Shown here one piece after another: positions 12,400 to 23,905 of a DNA stretch of 64,000 nt. Within the stretch, counting starts at the first letter, position 1, and each line of letters begins with the position of its first letter. The position numbers and the translations under genes were made by a program. This DNA is from Octopus vulgaris (lineage: Eukaryota): positions 21,762,001 to 21,826,000 of the forward strand of contig OX597822.1 in the NCBI GenBank assembly GCA_951406725.2, written 5' to 3'. The notes beneath the pieces were generated by a model, which saw only the letters and a list, made by a program, of their open reading frames with translations, did not search any database and was not told the origin of the DNA.

Positions 12400-15060
12400 G
12401 ATTAGCTGTAGTTCAAATGTTCCACCAGTACACCGGTATAAAGCAATAATTTCAGAATCTGGTTGGTGGCTACCACCTTATTAAACCTATACTTGCTTGT
12501 AGTAAATCGTTTTCAACCAGCTGTAGAAACAACTCACGAATTGGGAGTATGTCAATAAGAAGAAATGATTTTCAACATAAGAAAACAAACTTTTCTTCAA
12601 CAGTGAGGAATAATCGAAAAATAACATTGAAATTTATCCATCCAAAGGAGGTGGGGAATTCAAAAGTACATGCAATAATCTTAGATGACAAAATCATACA
12701 GTTTACCACTTTAATACAAACAGAAATACTGAGTTTTCAAACCAAAATGATTATGGCAGCTGTTTTACAGACCTTATCCAGAAACCAAATAGGAGCAACC
12801 AAAAGCAATAACAGTAATAAATTTATCAGAGGAAACATAACAACACAACAACTTGATATTTTAGCAAAGAAACTAAAATTTAATGCAACTCCACCAGGTA
12901 TCTAATTGCAATGAAATTAAAGATGAATTTTCAGGATTCTATACAAAATTGTGACTCACAAAAGAATTATTTGCTATAAATAACATTGATGAATTATTAG
13001 AAACAAAGCAACGAACCTACCAAAGGGGATGATTTTTGTGACCATATTTGGAATTCTCCATATAATGTCAAGCATGAATAAGGAATTTAGTCAAACACCA
13101 GCAATATTAGATGCATAAACAAAACTGAATTGAAAAGATGATAATGAATTGATAATTAAAGACAGTAGGGATGCAGTTATATCGAAGGTGATGGGATATT
13201 ATAAAAATTTCATTTTATTTCTGTTAGAAGTGAATCTTTACTATGAAAATGTTTAAAAGGCACACTACAGTGAACAAAAAGTAATAAAAAATCCTGCAGT
13301 CTTATTGCACTTAAACCAAAAGATATTGACTGATAAAAACTGCAATTATGTGAAAAATTGTAAGTCCTCCTCCTCATCATTATTTAGCATCTGTTTTCCA
13401 TGCAAGCATGGATTGGATAGTTTGACAGGGGCTGGGTAGGCAGAAGACTGCACCAGGCTTTGCTGTCTATTTTGGCAGGGTTTTATGCTTGGATGTCCTT
13501 CTTAACACCAACCACCTTACAGAGTATATAATCTTTTCTCTGGCTTTAAGAAATCACAAAAGCAAGATAGTAAATAAAAAATGCAAAAATTCAACAAGTA
13601 TTAATGTTGTATCATAAAACAATTTAAAAATAAGGTCTGTAGTATCTGACCCAACATGTGAAAATCATCATCTGAGTAATTATGAACCCATTTCTTAAAC
13701 ACTTGAATATTTTTGCAAGAGATGTGTTACTTGTATTGAATCATCTTGTATAAATTTACAATGAAAAATCTCTTATTACATCTTGTGATGCAGTGTATTT
13801 TCGTGCAAAGCATCACTCATAATTTTGCAATAAAATTCTGCCTGGAGAATTATGCTGAAGAGCTGTCAGAATGTACAGGAAAAGAATTAACTCTGTTTTT
13901 TTCAGAAATAACTATATCATATTTGATGTCAACTCTTATTGCCAAAAATCTCGAACTATGATGGGAATGATAGTAGCACCAATTTACACAAATTTAGTCA
14001 TGGCTTATTTTAAAATTACCATAACTGAAGAATTTTAAAGAAAATATGGAAAATCTTGAGATACATTCATAAAAAAGAACTGGAACAAATTTCTAGAGAA
14101 TTGCTTTATTATTTAGAATGAAAGCCTTTAATTTAATTTCTCTAATAATACTTGGTGAATAAAAAATGATATTCATTTAAAGTTTCTTTTGACTGCAAAA
14201 CAGTCAAAAGAAACTTTCATTTTTATATATCTTAGTAACGAAAGTAAACAATGAACTTGAGTTATATATATTACAAACTTATTAACTGGAATTGCTCAAT
14301 CACGACATATACATCTTACCAAATTCCAGCTTTAAATATTTGATGCAATCATTGACAAACATAATTCACCATCCTTAAAAGACGATGAGCTTCAATAAAC
14401 CAAAATAATTCATATCCAGAGAAGAAAAACAAAACAGCATGCTTCAGTAGAAAATATTATTATATGTCTCTATTCACATTCCTTGAAACTTAAAAACCTA
14501 TAATAGTATTCGTCAAAATGTAAAAACGCTGAGAAAGAACTCCCCTAAGAATTTTGCTATCACATGCAATTATAAGAAGTAGAAGTCAACCACAGTCATT
14601 AAAGAGAACATTATCAGATGCCAAATTACATCACCAACAATTGAAGCAACAGTTTAAAAGTGTGGTTCATCTCACTGTGAAATAAATTTTAACATGTCTG
14701 ATGGATCAGTATTCCATTTTAAATCAAGAAAATTCTTGAAATAAAGAACAATTTTATTCTGTGTCTGGGAACTTAATTTGTAATAACTTGTTCAGAATAT
14801 ACAGAAAAATTGGAATGACATAGAAAAAAATGAATATTTTATAGATAACAAATTCGTTTTCCCAGCTACAGCCAAATATCTCTTTGTGAACATGTAGTTA
14901 CATGTGCTGGTAATCATCAACCAAATTATAAGATTTTCCCTTTATCTCAGTCTACTAATAAAACATCTAAACAATGGTCGTGTTATAAAGAATTTGCATT
15001 CATTTCAAAATAATAGCCTATTTAAATATGCATATAAAATTTAATCTATATTTAATATTA
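12400..15060 (+). mobile_element. Possible highly decayed DNA transposon (hAT-like) fossil
   Basis: About 2.6 kb without microsatellites, with broken coding-like frames and weak motifs IRSVVSD and CIE/LNHLV. Interrupted by an RTE 3' end at 13374-13526. Confidence 0.3.
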
Positions 15061-15333
15061 ATTAATAAGCTCAAATTTATCACCTCTTCTATTACTGCTA
15101 ACAAGATTCATTTATTACCACACTGTCCCTGTCAGCATCTCATTATGAAATTGTAACATCAATAATTACAAAGTCATGATCATCTTTTAAAAAGGGTAAG
15201 TTTTATCATAAAAATTTCAATGCATTTTCTTTTTATCTTATATGATCCAACTCAGTTGGAATTTTCTGACTCTTCATTATGTACCTTTGTGGGCATTTAT
15301 GTTTGCATATATGAGTATGCATATAAATGTGTG

Positions 15334-15368
<35 letters not shown>

Positions 15369-15754
15369 GTTCCATGTTCGAAATCTTTACATTATATCTT
15401 ATTCTGACAATGTAGGTATCGCCCTCACTGATCACAGTTAACCAGAAAGGGCCAGGTGAAGTAGGCTTTAGAGTACCTCTTGTAGATTGCACTCTTGGTG
15501 CTTGACACAGGTTATAAAGCATCACACCAGAGAAATATTTTGAGATCTCATTTTAACTCATGTCATTTCACGTAGTATCACCCAACATAAAAATGGATTA
15601 CCAAAATTCTTGAAGGAAATTTCCTAAAATTCTGATCATTCAGCATTGTTAATCCACAAATAAAGAATGCCTATCTGCCAAATGCAGGTTTGAACACTCA
15701 TTCTCACTATTTGATACTATCATATACATACATACATATATATATATAATATAT

Positions 15755-15935
15755 ATTTCTTAACTACCCACAAGGGGCTAAACATAGAGGGTACAAACAA
15801 GGACAGACAAAGGGATTAAGTCGATTACATCGACCCCAGTACGTAACTGGTACTTAATTTATTGACACCGAAAGGATGAAAGGCAAAGTCGACCTCGACG
15901 GAATTTGAACTCCGAATGTAACGACAGATGAAATA
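15755..15935 (-). mobile_element. SINE with gccgaggtcgactttgcctttcatcctttcgg central domain
   Basis: Plus strand reads cgaaaggatgaaaggcaaagtcgacctcgacggaatttgaactc; B-box-like GAGTTCAAATTC on the minus strand. Flanked by (TA)n. Confidence 0.75.
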
Positions 15936-16096
15936 CATATATATAATATAGGTGATTTGGGTAAATCTCAGCTGTTTCTTCTTGAAGTACATCTGCTTAG
16001 TCCATTATTACAATCAACATGTTTCCATAGATACTGTTGCATGTTAATAAAAATATATCATAAAATTAAGAATTGTGGAAGTATTATTTGCTGAGT

Positions 16097-16316
16097 TACT
16101 CTTTCTCTTTTACTCTTTTACTTGCTTCAGTCATTTGACTGCAGCCATGCTGGAGCACCGCCTTTAATCAAGCAACTCGACCCCATGACTTATTCTTTTG
16201 TAAGCCCAGTACTTATTCTATCGGTCTCTTTTTTGCCGAACCGCTAAGTGACAGGGACGTAAACACACCAATATCGATTGTCAAGCAATGCTAGGGGAAC
16301 AAACACAGACACACAA

Positions 16317-16359
<43 letters not shown>

Positions 16360-16522
16360 TACGACAGGCTTCTTTCAGTTTCCGTCTACCAAATCCACTC
16401 ACAAGGCATTGGTCGGCCCGGGGCTATAGCAGAAGACACTTGCCCAAGATGCCATGCAGTGGGACTGAACCCAGAACCATGTGGCTGGTTAGCAAGCTAC
16501 TTACCACACAGCCACTCCTGCA
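16097..16522 (-). mobile_element. Full-length Octopus-type tRNA-derived SINE
   Basis: tRNA-like head (A box TGGCTGTGTGG, B box GGTTCAGTCCC), ttgggcaagt core, internal (TA/CA) tract and (AAAAGAGT)n tail. Confidence 0.9.
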
Positions 16523-16554
16523 TTGAGTTATGTCCTGTTATATATATATATACA

Positions 16555-16900
16555 AACACAAACAATTTCAGCATGGAAGGTGTTAATAAGCCATTTAAAA
16601 ACATGCAAAAAGCGTTAGATTAACTTCAACATTTAGATTTAGTTTGCCAAAATATTTTCATCGCTTTGAGACCGTGACCTATTGACTGATAAACTTCCAT
16701 GCTGCATAGAATTTGTCAGGAAACAGGTTGTGGTCTCAAAGTGAAGAAAATATTTTTGCAAATTAAAATTAAATGTTGAAGTGAATCTAACGGTTTATGT
16801 GAGTTTTTAAATGGCATATTAACACCTTTCCTGGTGCAATTGTATTTTTAAGCACAAGATATCAGATCAGGTCACTTGCTATGCAAGTACATCTCCGTAA
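16555..16900 (+). mobile_element. Fold-back element (~135-bp inverted arms plus unique tail) between (TA)n tracts; arms carry fossil hammerhead architecture
   Basis: 16562-16697 is an imperfect reverse complement of 16709-16843. Confidence 0.75.
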
Positions 16901-16930
16901 TATATATATGTGTGTGTGTGTATACTTGTA

Positions 16931-16979
<49 letters not shown>

Positions 16980-17097
16980 GTATATATACAGATATATATA
17001 TACATATATATACATATACATATACATATATATGTATAGGTATATATACAGATATATATATACATATATATACATATACATATACATATATATGTAT

Positions 17098-17138
<41 letters not shown>

Positions 17139-17420
17139 TATATATATATATATATCTATATGTATATATCTATACATATGTATATATATATATATGAATA
17201 TATATATAGTAAAGAAAATAAGATGGCTAGCAGCAGGCTGTTAAATAATTGTTGGTTACATGAAAAACCACAGAAAATTATTTACCATTTTTATTGAATA
17301 TATATATAGGTATATATCTATACAGATATATATATGCATTTATATCTATATATATATCTGTTTATATATATATATATTTATATAAATATTTCTTTATATA
17401 TATATATATATATATATATA

Positions 17421-18090
17421 CTAGCAGCTAAGCCCAGTTTCATCCGGTCAGTTTGGATGATGTGGCTGTGATCGTTTTCAGTCAGGCATAATCTATAACA
17501 GCATTTCTCAACCTTATCATTTCGGGTCCCCTGTTTCGAATGGAGCCTTCAGCTTTATGAAAATTTCTTGACCACGCCCCTACCTTGTCAGAAAATAGCT
17601 TCAGGAGTTGTGAGAAATGAATTTGTACAAAGTCTGATTCTGAGAGCTATTCTACTGGACCTCTGTCTAATCATTAAAACATTGGGCGATCTTTTGATAT
17701 GGGAACACACAACTGTCACTTACCAACCACTTATAAACCTCATGTGTTAATTTACATTTCTGAAGATCCTTGTCGGTTTCCGTAAAAAAATTTTAATTTT
17801 TTTAATATGGTGTTAGGTGGGAAGGGGATCTTTTGAACTCGACATGAAAGCGAAAGAGACAGAGTGAGTGCAATTGTATGAGTGAAGTTCTGTTGAAGTT
17901 GGTGTGAGCGGAAGGTTTGATGTGTGTGCATGCGTGTGTGTGTGTATGAGAGAGAGAGAGAGAGAGAGAGAGTGTGTGTATGTGTGTGAGAGAGAGAGAG
18001 AAAGACAGACAGAAAGAGAGTGTGTGTGTGCGAGAGAGAGAGAGAAAGAAAGAGACAGATAACTGAAATTTTTTATTCACATTTTATAGT
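17421..18090 (-). mobile_element. Non-autonomous Helitron-like element
   Basis: Minus-strand 3' end has hairpin ccggatgaaactggg then CTAG, abutting (TA)n. The 5' boundary is approximate. Confidence 0.55.
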
Positions 18091-18326
18091 GAGTGAATGT
18101 GTGAGTGACTGACATAGAAAAAGCGAGAGAGAGAGAGGGGGAGAGAGAGGTTATGTATGTATGTGTATATATATATATATATATATATAAATTTATATAT
18201 ATATATTTCTATATGTATGTGTATTTATATATGTATATGTATATATATTATATATGTATATATATATAGATATATATAAATATATATATATTTCTATATG
18301 TCTGTGTATTTATATATGTATATGTA

Positions 18327-18377
<51 letters not shown>

Positions 18378-18380
<3 letters not shown>

Positions 18381-18686
18381 AGGCACAATGGCCCAGTGGT
18401 TAGGGTAGCAGACTTGCAGTCATAGGATCGCGATTTCGATTCCCAGACCAGGCATTGTGAGTGTTTATTGAGCGAAAACACCTAAAGCTCCATGCGGCTC
18501 CGGCAAGTAGGGTGCCGATCCCTGCTGTACTCTTTCGCCACAACTTTCCCTAACTCTTTCTTCTGTTGGCCTGCTCACTTAGCCAGCAGGGTGGTGTCAT
18601 TTGAAGGCTAAAACAATGCGAAGCGCATTGTGACCAGCGATGTGTAGCCACATCTGATAGCCTGGTCAGTCACGGTGATCACAGTA
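18378..18686 (+). mobile_element. tRNA-derived SINE (second family)
   Basis: Head tggcccagtggttagg...tttcgattccc. Second copy at 32285-32578. Inserted in (TA)n. Confidence 0.85.
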
Positions 18687-18753
18687 ATATATATATATTC
18701 ATATGTATGTATATAGTTATTTAATTATATATATGTATATATATATATGTATA

Positions 18754-18810
<57 letters not shown>

Positions 18811-18841
18811 TTATATTTATTTATATATATATAAATATATA

Positions 18842-18904
<63 letters not shown>

Positions 18905-18907
<3 letters not shown>

Positions 18908-19412
18908 TGCGAAACCTGGGTATTTACATGAGTAATAATGCAACCTTTCATGTGCATGTTGCTAAATTGGCAATGAAATGTAGGCGGCTGACCGGATCGA
19001 TCCTTAGAGCCTTTAGAACAAGAGACCAGGAAACCATGATGATCCTCTGGAGGACACTTGCCCTAAGCCACTTTGACTATTGCTCTCAGCTATGGTCACC
19101 ATCCAGTGTCAAATTAATCACAGAACATGAGGCGATCCAACAAAGCTACATGAAGAAGATAGCCTCTGTGCAGCATATAAGCTATTGAGAAAGACTCAAG
19201 AGATTAAAACTCTATTTCTTAGAGCGTAGGTGAGAAAAATATGACATAATATACATCTGGAAGATCCTGGAAGGACTTGTCCCAACTTTGGCATTGAGAG
19301 TTACACAAATACTAGAACTGGGCGCCACTGCATAGTGCCAAGGACTTCAAATTTGCCATTAAGATGTAGGACAAGATACTGTGATAGCCTGGGCTTCAGA
19401 GGTCCACAGCTC
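18905..19412 (+). mobile_element. CR1-group LINE ORF2 C-terminal fragment
   Basis: RNLGI...LSHFDYCSQLWSP...EAIQQ...ISY*ERLKRLKLYFLERR, a typical post-RT CR1/L2-group domain, with stops. Confidence 0.8.
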
Positions 19413-19481
19413 ATGAGCTGAAAGTAGATAAGATATAAAAATATAAATAAATATAAATATATATATATTTATATATTTATC

Positions 19482-19524
<43 letters not shown>

Positions 19525-19718
19525 CTATAATGGTGGGTTCCAAAGTTTGATTTCTAATAAAGATTCTTCATATGAAATTAGTAGATTATTATTCTATGTA
19601 TTTTTCGAAAACGAAAATGTAACAAGTGTAAGGTGTGTTCTGAGCATTTATAGAACACAACTCAACAAACAATTAAAGATGGAGAAGAGAAGGTGTTGAA
19701 AATTTTATGAAATTTTAA

Positions 19719-19844
19719 TCCATGGATACAATCGTTTCGAGCTGTAATATTAACATGTAAGAAAGATGGAAAAAAAAATTTTTAATTATATAAATTATAA
19801 TTATAATTAAATTAATTACATATTACTATTCTCCTCAGTGTGGA
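19719..19844 (-). ncRNA. Decayed hammerhead motif with long AT-rich stem II
   Basis: Minus strand: CTGAGGA ga..gtaatat...atattac..tc GAA ACGATTGT A. Stem I pairs only partly (tcca/tgga). About 200 nt from (TA)n. Confidence 0.5.
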
Positions 19845-20131
19845 AAAGAATGCATCAAAAAGAATGCATCAGAAGAATATTATATTGTTATAACATGGAG
19901 TGAGAGTCATATAATATGTTCATATATTCATAATACGATTATGAAAGATGAAAGGTAAAAACATACTTTGGTAGTGTTGAGTCTAGTTGTGTATGAACTG
20001 ACATGGCTAACAAATATTTGGAAATATAAGCAAAAAATGTTTTAGAAACATTCTCTTTATATGAAGATAAGTAATTAAGTGATATACATTCCCCACAAAG
20101 CATTTATCATAAGAAGTAAAATGTAATATCC

Positions 20132-20178
<47 letters not shown>

Positions 20179-20220
20179 CATCTATCTATTTATCTATCTG
20201 TCTGTCTATCTATCTATCTA

Positions 20221-20283
<63 letters not shown>

Positions 20284-20445
20284 GTGTGTGTGATTGTGTA
20301 TAGAAGAATATATTAATAAAAAGAATTCCAACCTTGTCTGATTTTCACGTTTTATTTACAATCTTATAATGATATATTATAAGATAATATATTATAATTG
20401 AGTAAAATAAAATGAAATAGTAGAATGTTAAGTATTCATTCTGAT

Positions 20446-20490
20446 TGAACTAGTACTTTCATGCATTGAATTCTGCAATCTTCGGGTTCA
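20446..20490 (-). ncRNA. Minimal type I hammerhead (CCGAAGA core, palindromic stem III)
   Basis: Minus strand: tgaac CCGAAGA t tgca gaattcaa tgca t GAA AGTACT A gttca. Confidence 0.7.
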
Positions 20491-20984
20491 TGTAGTAGTG
20501 TTGACAGTCATGCTTCACAATTTTTGACTGTAGCAAGATGAGTGATTCTGTGCTATAAATACAGCTGGGTAGGCTCCAGAGTGCTAGGTTTTGCAAACTG
20601 TATTCTGACCAATCAGTGTGTAGTATCACTCAATTACTTAAGCTGATTGGTTGGTTGAGCTGATTGGTTTAGGCATCACGCTTTGTTGGACAGGTCAAGA
20701 GTCCTGTATCTTGACCCTGGCCGAAGCAGCAATTGTTGGGTTATTTTTAGAAATGTTGTAAATATCCTTTGTCAGAGATTTTTATATTTTTATATTTCAA
20801 TTGTCATCATCATCATTGTCAGCACCTTAATTATTGTTGCTAGTGGTGATGGTGGTGGCAATAGAACTTTTAACCCTAAATAAGATAATTTTCCTGCTAT
20901 CTTCGTCTTGATCACCTTTAGTATTGTTGTTGTTGTTAGTGGTCATGGTCGTAGCAGTGGAAGTAATACCTCTAAGTATTATTA

Positions 20985-21893
20985 TTATTGCTTATTTAGC
21001 TTGGGTTCGAATTTATCAATAAAATTCTTTTCTCTGATTTTCCTCTCGATTTCACTTGGGCTGTGTAATTTGTAGAATGGAAATATTATATATATTTTCC
21101 GACCACATGTTGCTAGGTGGTTACTCAAAGGTATCTGACGGACCTCTGGGTCTCTAATCTGTTGCCGGTGTACACGTGAGCGTTCTAATAGTGCGTTTCC
21201 CGTCTGACCTACATATATTTCTTCACAATTTGGGCATTTGATGCAGTAAATTAAATTTCTGCTTTTGCAGTTCATATTCGCGTTTGTGAATATTTTCCCG
21301 GTTTTTGTGTTTATATATTGACCGGTATGTATGAATTGGCATGTGCCACATCGGCTATCATTGCATTTAGATACCGTGAATGTTTGGTCTTTGTTGCTGA
21401 GGTCAAATTTTGCCTTTGTTAGTAATGTTTTCAAGTTTTTAGGCTGTCTTTTACTAAGCACCATAGCTCGATCCTTGATTATGTCTTTTAATTCATTACT
21501 TTGGGCAATGATTGGAAGGTTTGCTTTGGCAATGTTGAAGATATTCTGGTGACATGGGTTGTGTGTCACTATGAATGGTATGACTTGTTCTTGTTTTCCT
21601 CTTCCTTGGGTTGTCCTAAGTTGTTGTATAGGTATTTTTATAGCCCGCTGTATGCCATTTTCTATAAGTAGAGATGGGTATTTTTGTTTGAGCAAAAATT
21701 CTCTTAGTTCTATTAGGCGTTTGTTCCTGATATTTGCATCTTCTACAATAGTACAAATTCTTCTGGCTAGGCAGTATGGGATGTTACGTTTTGTATGTGG
21801 TGGATGGCACGACTTAAAATTTAGGTATTGATGTGTGTCTGTGTGTTTATAGTATATATCTGTGGTGATGGTGGTGTCATTTTTAATTACCAT
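20985..21893 (-). CDS. PLE RT thumb + Cys linker + GIY-YIG endonuclease (C-terminal part of the PLE ORF)
   Basis: TDIYYKHTDTHQYLNFKSCHPPHTKRNIPY; CNDSRCGTC; CKSRNLIYCIKCPNCEEIYVGQT...R..H...EREIREK-like end. No stops in 302 aa. Confidence 0.92.
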   Translation of the reverse strand: MVIKNDTTITTDIYYKHTDTHQYLNFKSCHPPHTKRNIPYCLARRICTIVEDANIRNKRLIELREFLLKQKYPSLLIENGIQRAIKIPIQQLRTTQGRGKQEQVIPFIVTHNPCHQNIFNIAKANLPIIAQSNELKDIIKDRAMVLSKRQPKNLKTLLTKAKFDLSNKDQTFTVSKCNDSRCGTCQFIHTGQYINTKTGKIFTNANMNCKSRNLIYCIKCPNCEEIYVGQTGNALLERSRVHRQQIRDPEVRQIPLSNHLATCGRKIYIIFPFYKLHSPSEIERKIREKNFIDKFEPKLNKQ

Positions 21894-22589
21894 TATATCC
21901 AGGAATGGTAATTTGGTACTATATATATATATGCATATATATATAGCATATATATATATATATATAAATCAATAAGCATCCAATGGGGCAGCATAGCTAT
22001 ATTTAAATTTACTTATGATTTGACAGTTATGTGTGGTATAGAATGAAAATAATGAAAATAAATTATTGTGTATATTAAAAAGAAATCACCAGCAGTAACC
22101 ATGATTACGATTTCACTTAGCTTGTCGTGTCTTCTCAAACACAGTAAATTGCCAAGTCTCAGTAACTTGTCATCACCTCATATTTCATCACCTGAGTTTA
22201 CCTTTTCTTCCTGAGTTTACCTTTTCCACAGATTCCCTCAACAGGTAGAGATCAGCACTAGAAACATTAGAAATTACTTCCAATCATTAAATTCATTTAC
22301 AAGACATTGGCCGGTTCTTGGCTGAAGAAGACACTTGGTCAAAGTGCTGCATGATAGGACTGAACCTAGAAACATGGTCGCAAGGCAAATTTCCTAACCA
22401 CATAGTCATGCCTGCACCTGTAGTATAGATTAATTGCACCGGTTGCATACTTCTGCATTTTACCACAACATATTTATATGTAATGTAGCCATATGTTATA
22501 TACGAAAGTACAATTAAATATATATCTTATAATAGATTTTGAACCAATACCAAGTATTTACTAGTGTCTAATTATGTTCTACATTATAT

Positions 22590-22915
22590 TTGGGCAAGTG
22601 TCTTCTGCTATAGCCCCGGGCCGACCAATACCTTGTGTGTGGGTTTGGTAGATGGAAACTGAAAGAAGCCTGTCGTATATATATATATGTATGTGTGTGT
22701 ACGTGTTTGTGTGTCTGTGTTTGTCTCCCTAGCATTGCTTGACAACCGATGCTGGTGTGTTTATGTCCCCGTCACTTAGCGGTTCGGCAAAAGAGACTGA
22801 TAGAATAAGTACTGGGCTTACAAAGAATAAGTCACGGGGTCGATTTGCTCGACTAAAGGCGGTGCTCCAGCATGGCCACAGTCAAATGACTGAAACAAGT
22901 AAAAGAGCAAAAGAG

Positions 22916-22918
<3 letters not shown>
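22590..22918 (+). mobile_element. Octopus-type SINE, 5'-truncated
   Basis: ttgggcaagtgtcttc...gcggttcggcaaaagaga...aaaagagta. Confidence 0.88.
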
Positions 22919-22949
<31 letters not shown>

Positions 22950-23864
22950 GGTCTGTGATATGTAATACACTTTAAAAAAAGATACTTTATATTTTTACAA
23001 ATGTGTGAATATTTTGTAAATTTGATGCATTAAACAGTTCGGTTTAGACATAAATAAATGAATTACATTTAAGTATGTGTAAATGTTTGTTTTGGTTGGA
23101 GAACAATGTGCTCTTGAAATATATGTAGTATTTACCTCTATATGTGATGTGTGTGTATACTTGAGTGGTTATTGAGTGTATTTATGTTTGTATATAGCAG
23201 TATAGGTATTGAATATATGGTGTATATATATTTTATGGGTGTTTAGAAATTGAATGTATATGGTTATGTATATATACATATTGTGCAGTTGTGTAGAGAT
23301 TTTGTGTATATATGTGTGTGTATATATATATATATATACATAACACGATGTAGATAAAGACATTTGAGAAATTTGAAAAGTTAACACGAAACCGGTAATT
23401 ACTGTATGAAAAAATTTTATAACATTCTTCTAACATAATGACTCAAATATATTCTTTAACCTTATAAAACAAGCCTTCTGTAGTTTTTTCACTTTTTACT
23501 ATATTCTATATATCCAACCACGTGCTTTCACACACCAACTTTCTCACCTATATATATACATATATGTATATATGTATTTGTGTGTGTACATGTATTTTTT
23601 ATCAAAACTGAAATGAGGAATTTATCTCACTATTTGAGTTTTAGTCCACTGTGATCACCAGGTGAAACACCTGGAGATTGCAGTAGCATGAAGCACAAAT
23701 CATGAGACAGACTCTCAGCTTCAGTTTTAATTAAAAAAATTATCCTCTTCAGTGTGTATTGAGTGCATTTTTCAATCAGTTGACATTAAGTAACAAACAT
23801 ACACATATATAAATCTCTGTCTGTCTGTCTCTCTCTCTCTATATATATATATATACATATGTGC

Positions 23865-23905
<41 letters not shown>

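Larger units (their letters stand above)
20285..21920 (-). mobile_element. 5'-truncated Neptune-type Penelope-like element between (TA)n tracts
   Basis: The ORF starts at LPFLD right next to the (TA)n at ~21920. The 3' UTR contains an HHR. Confidence 0.9.

Noticed and set aside
13855-13895. CTGAAGA..ctgt/acag..GAAA
   Set aside because: Stems I and III do not pair; likely chance.
18378-18455. tRNA-like sequence
   Set aside because: It is a SINE head continuing into the SINE body, with no clean cloverleaf.
23385-23402. GAAACCGGTA half-hammerhead
   Set aside because: No upstream CUGANGA box or stem I partner found.
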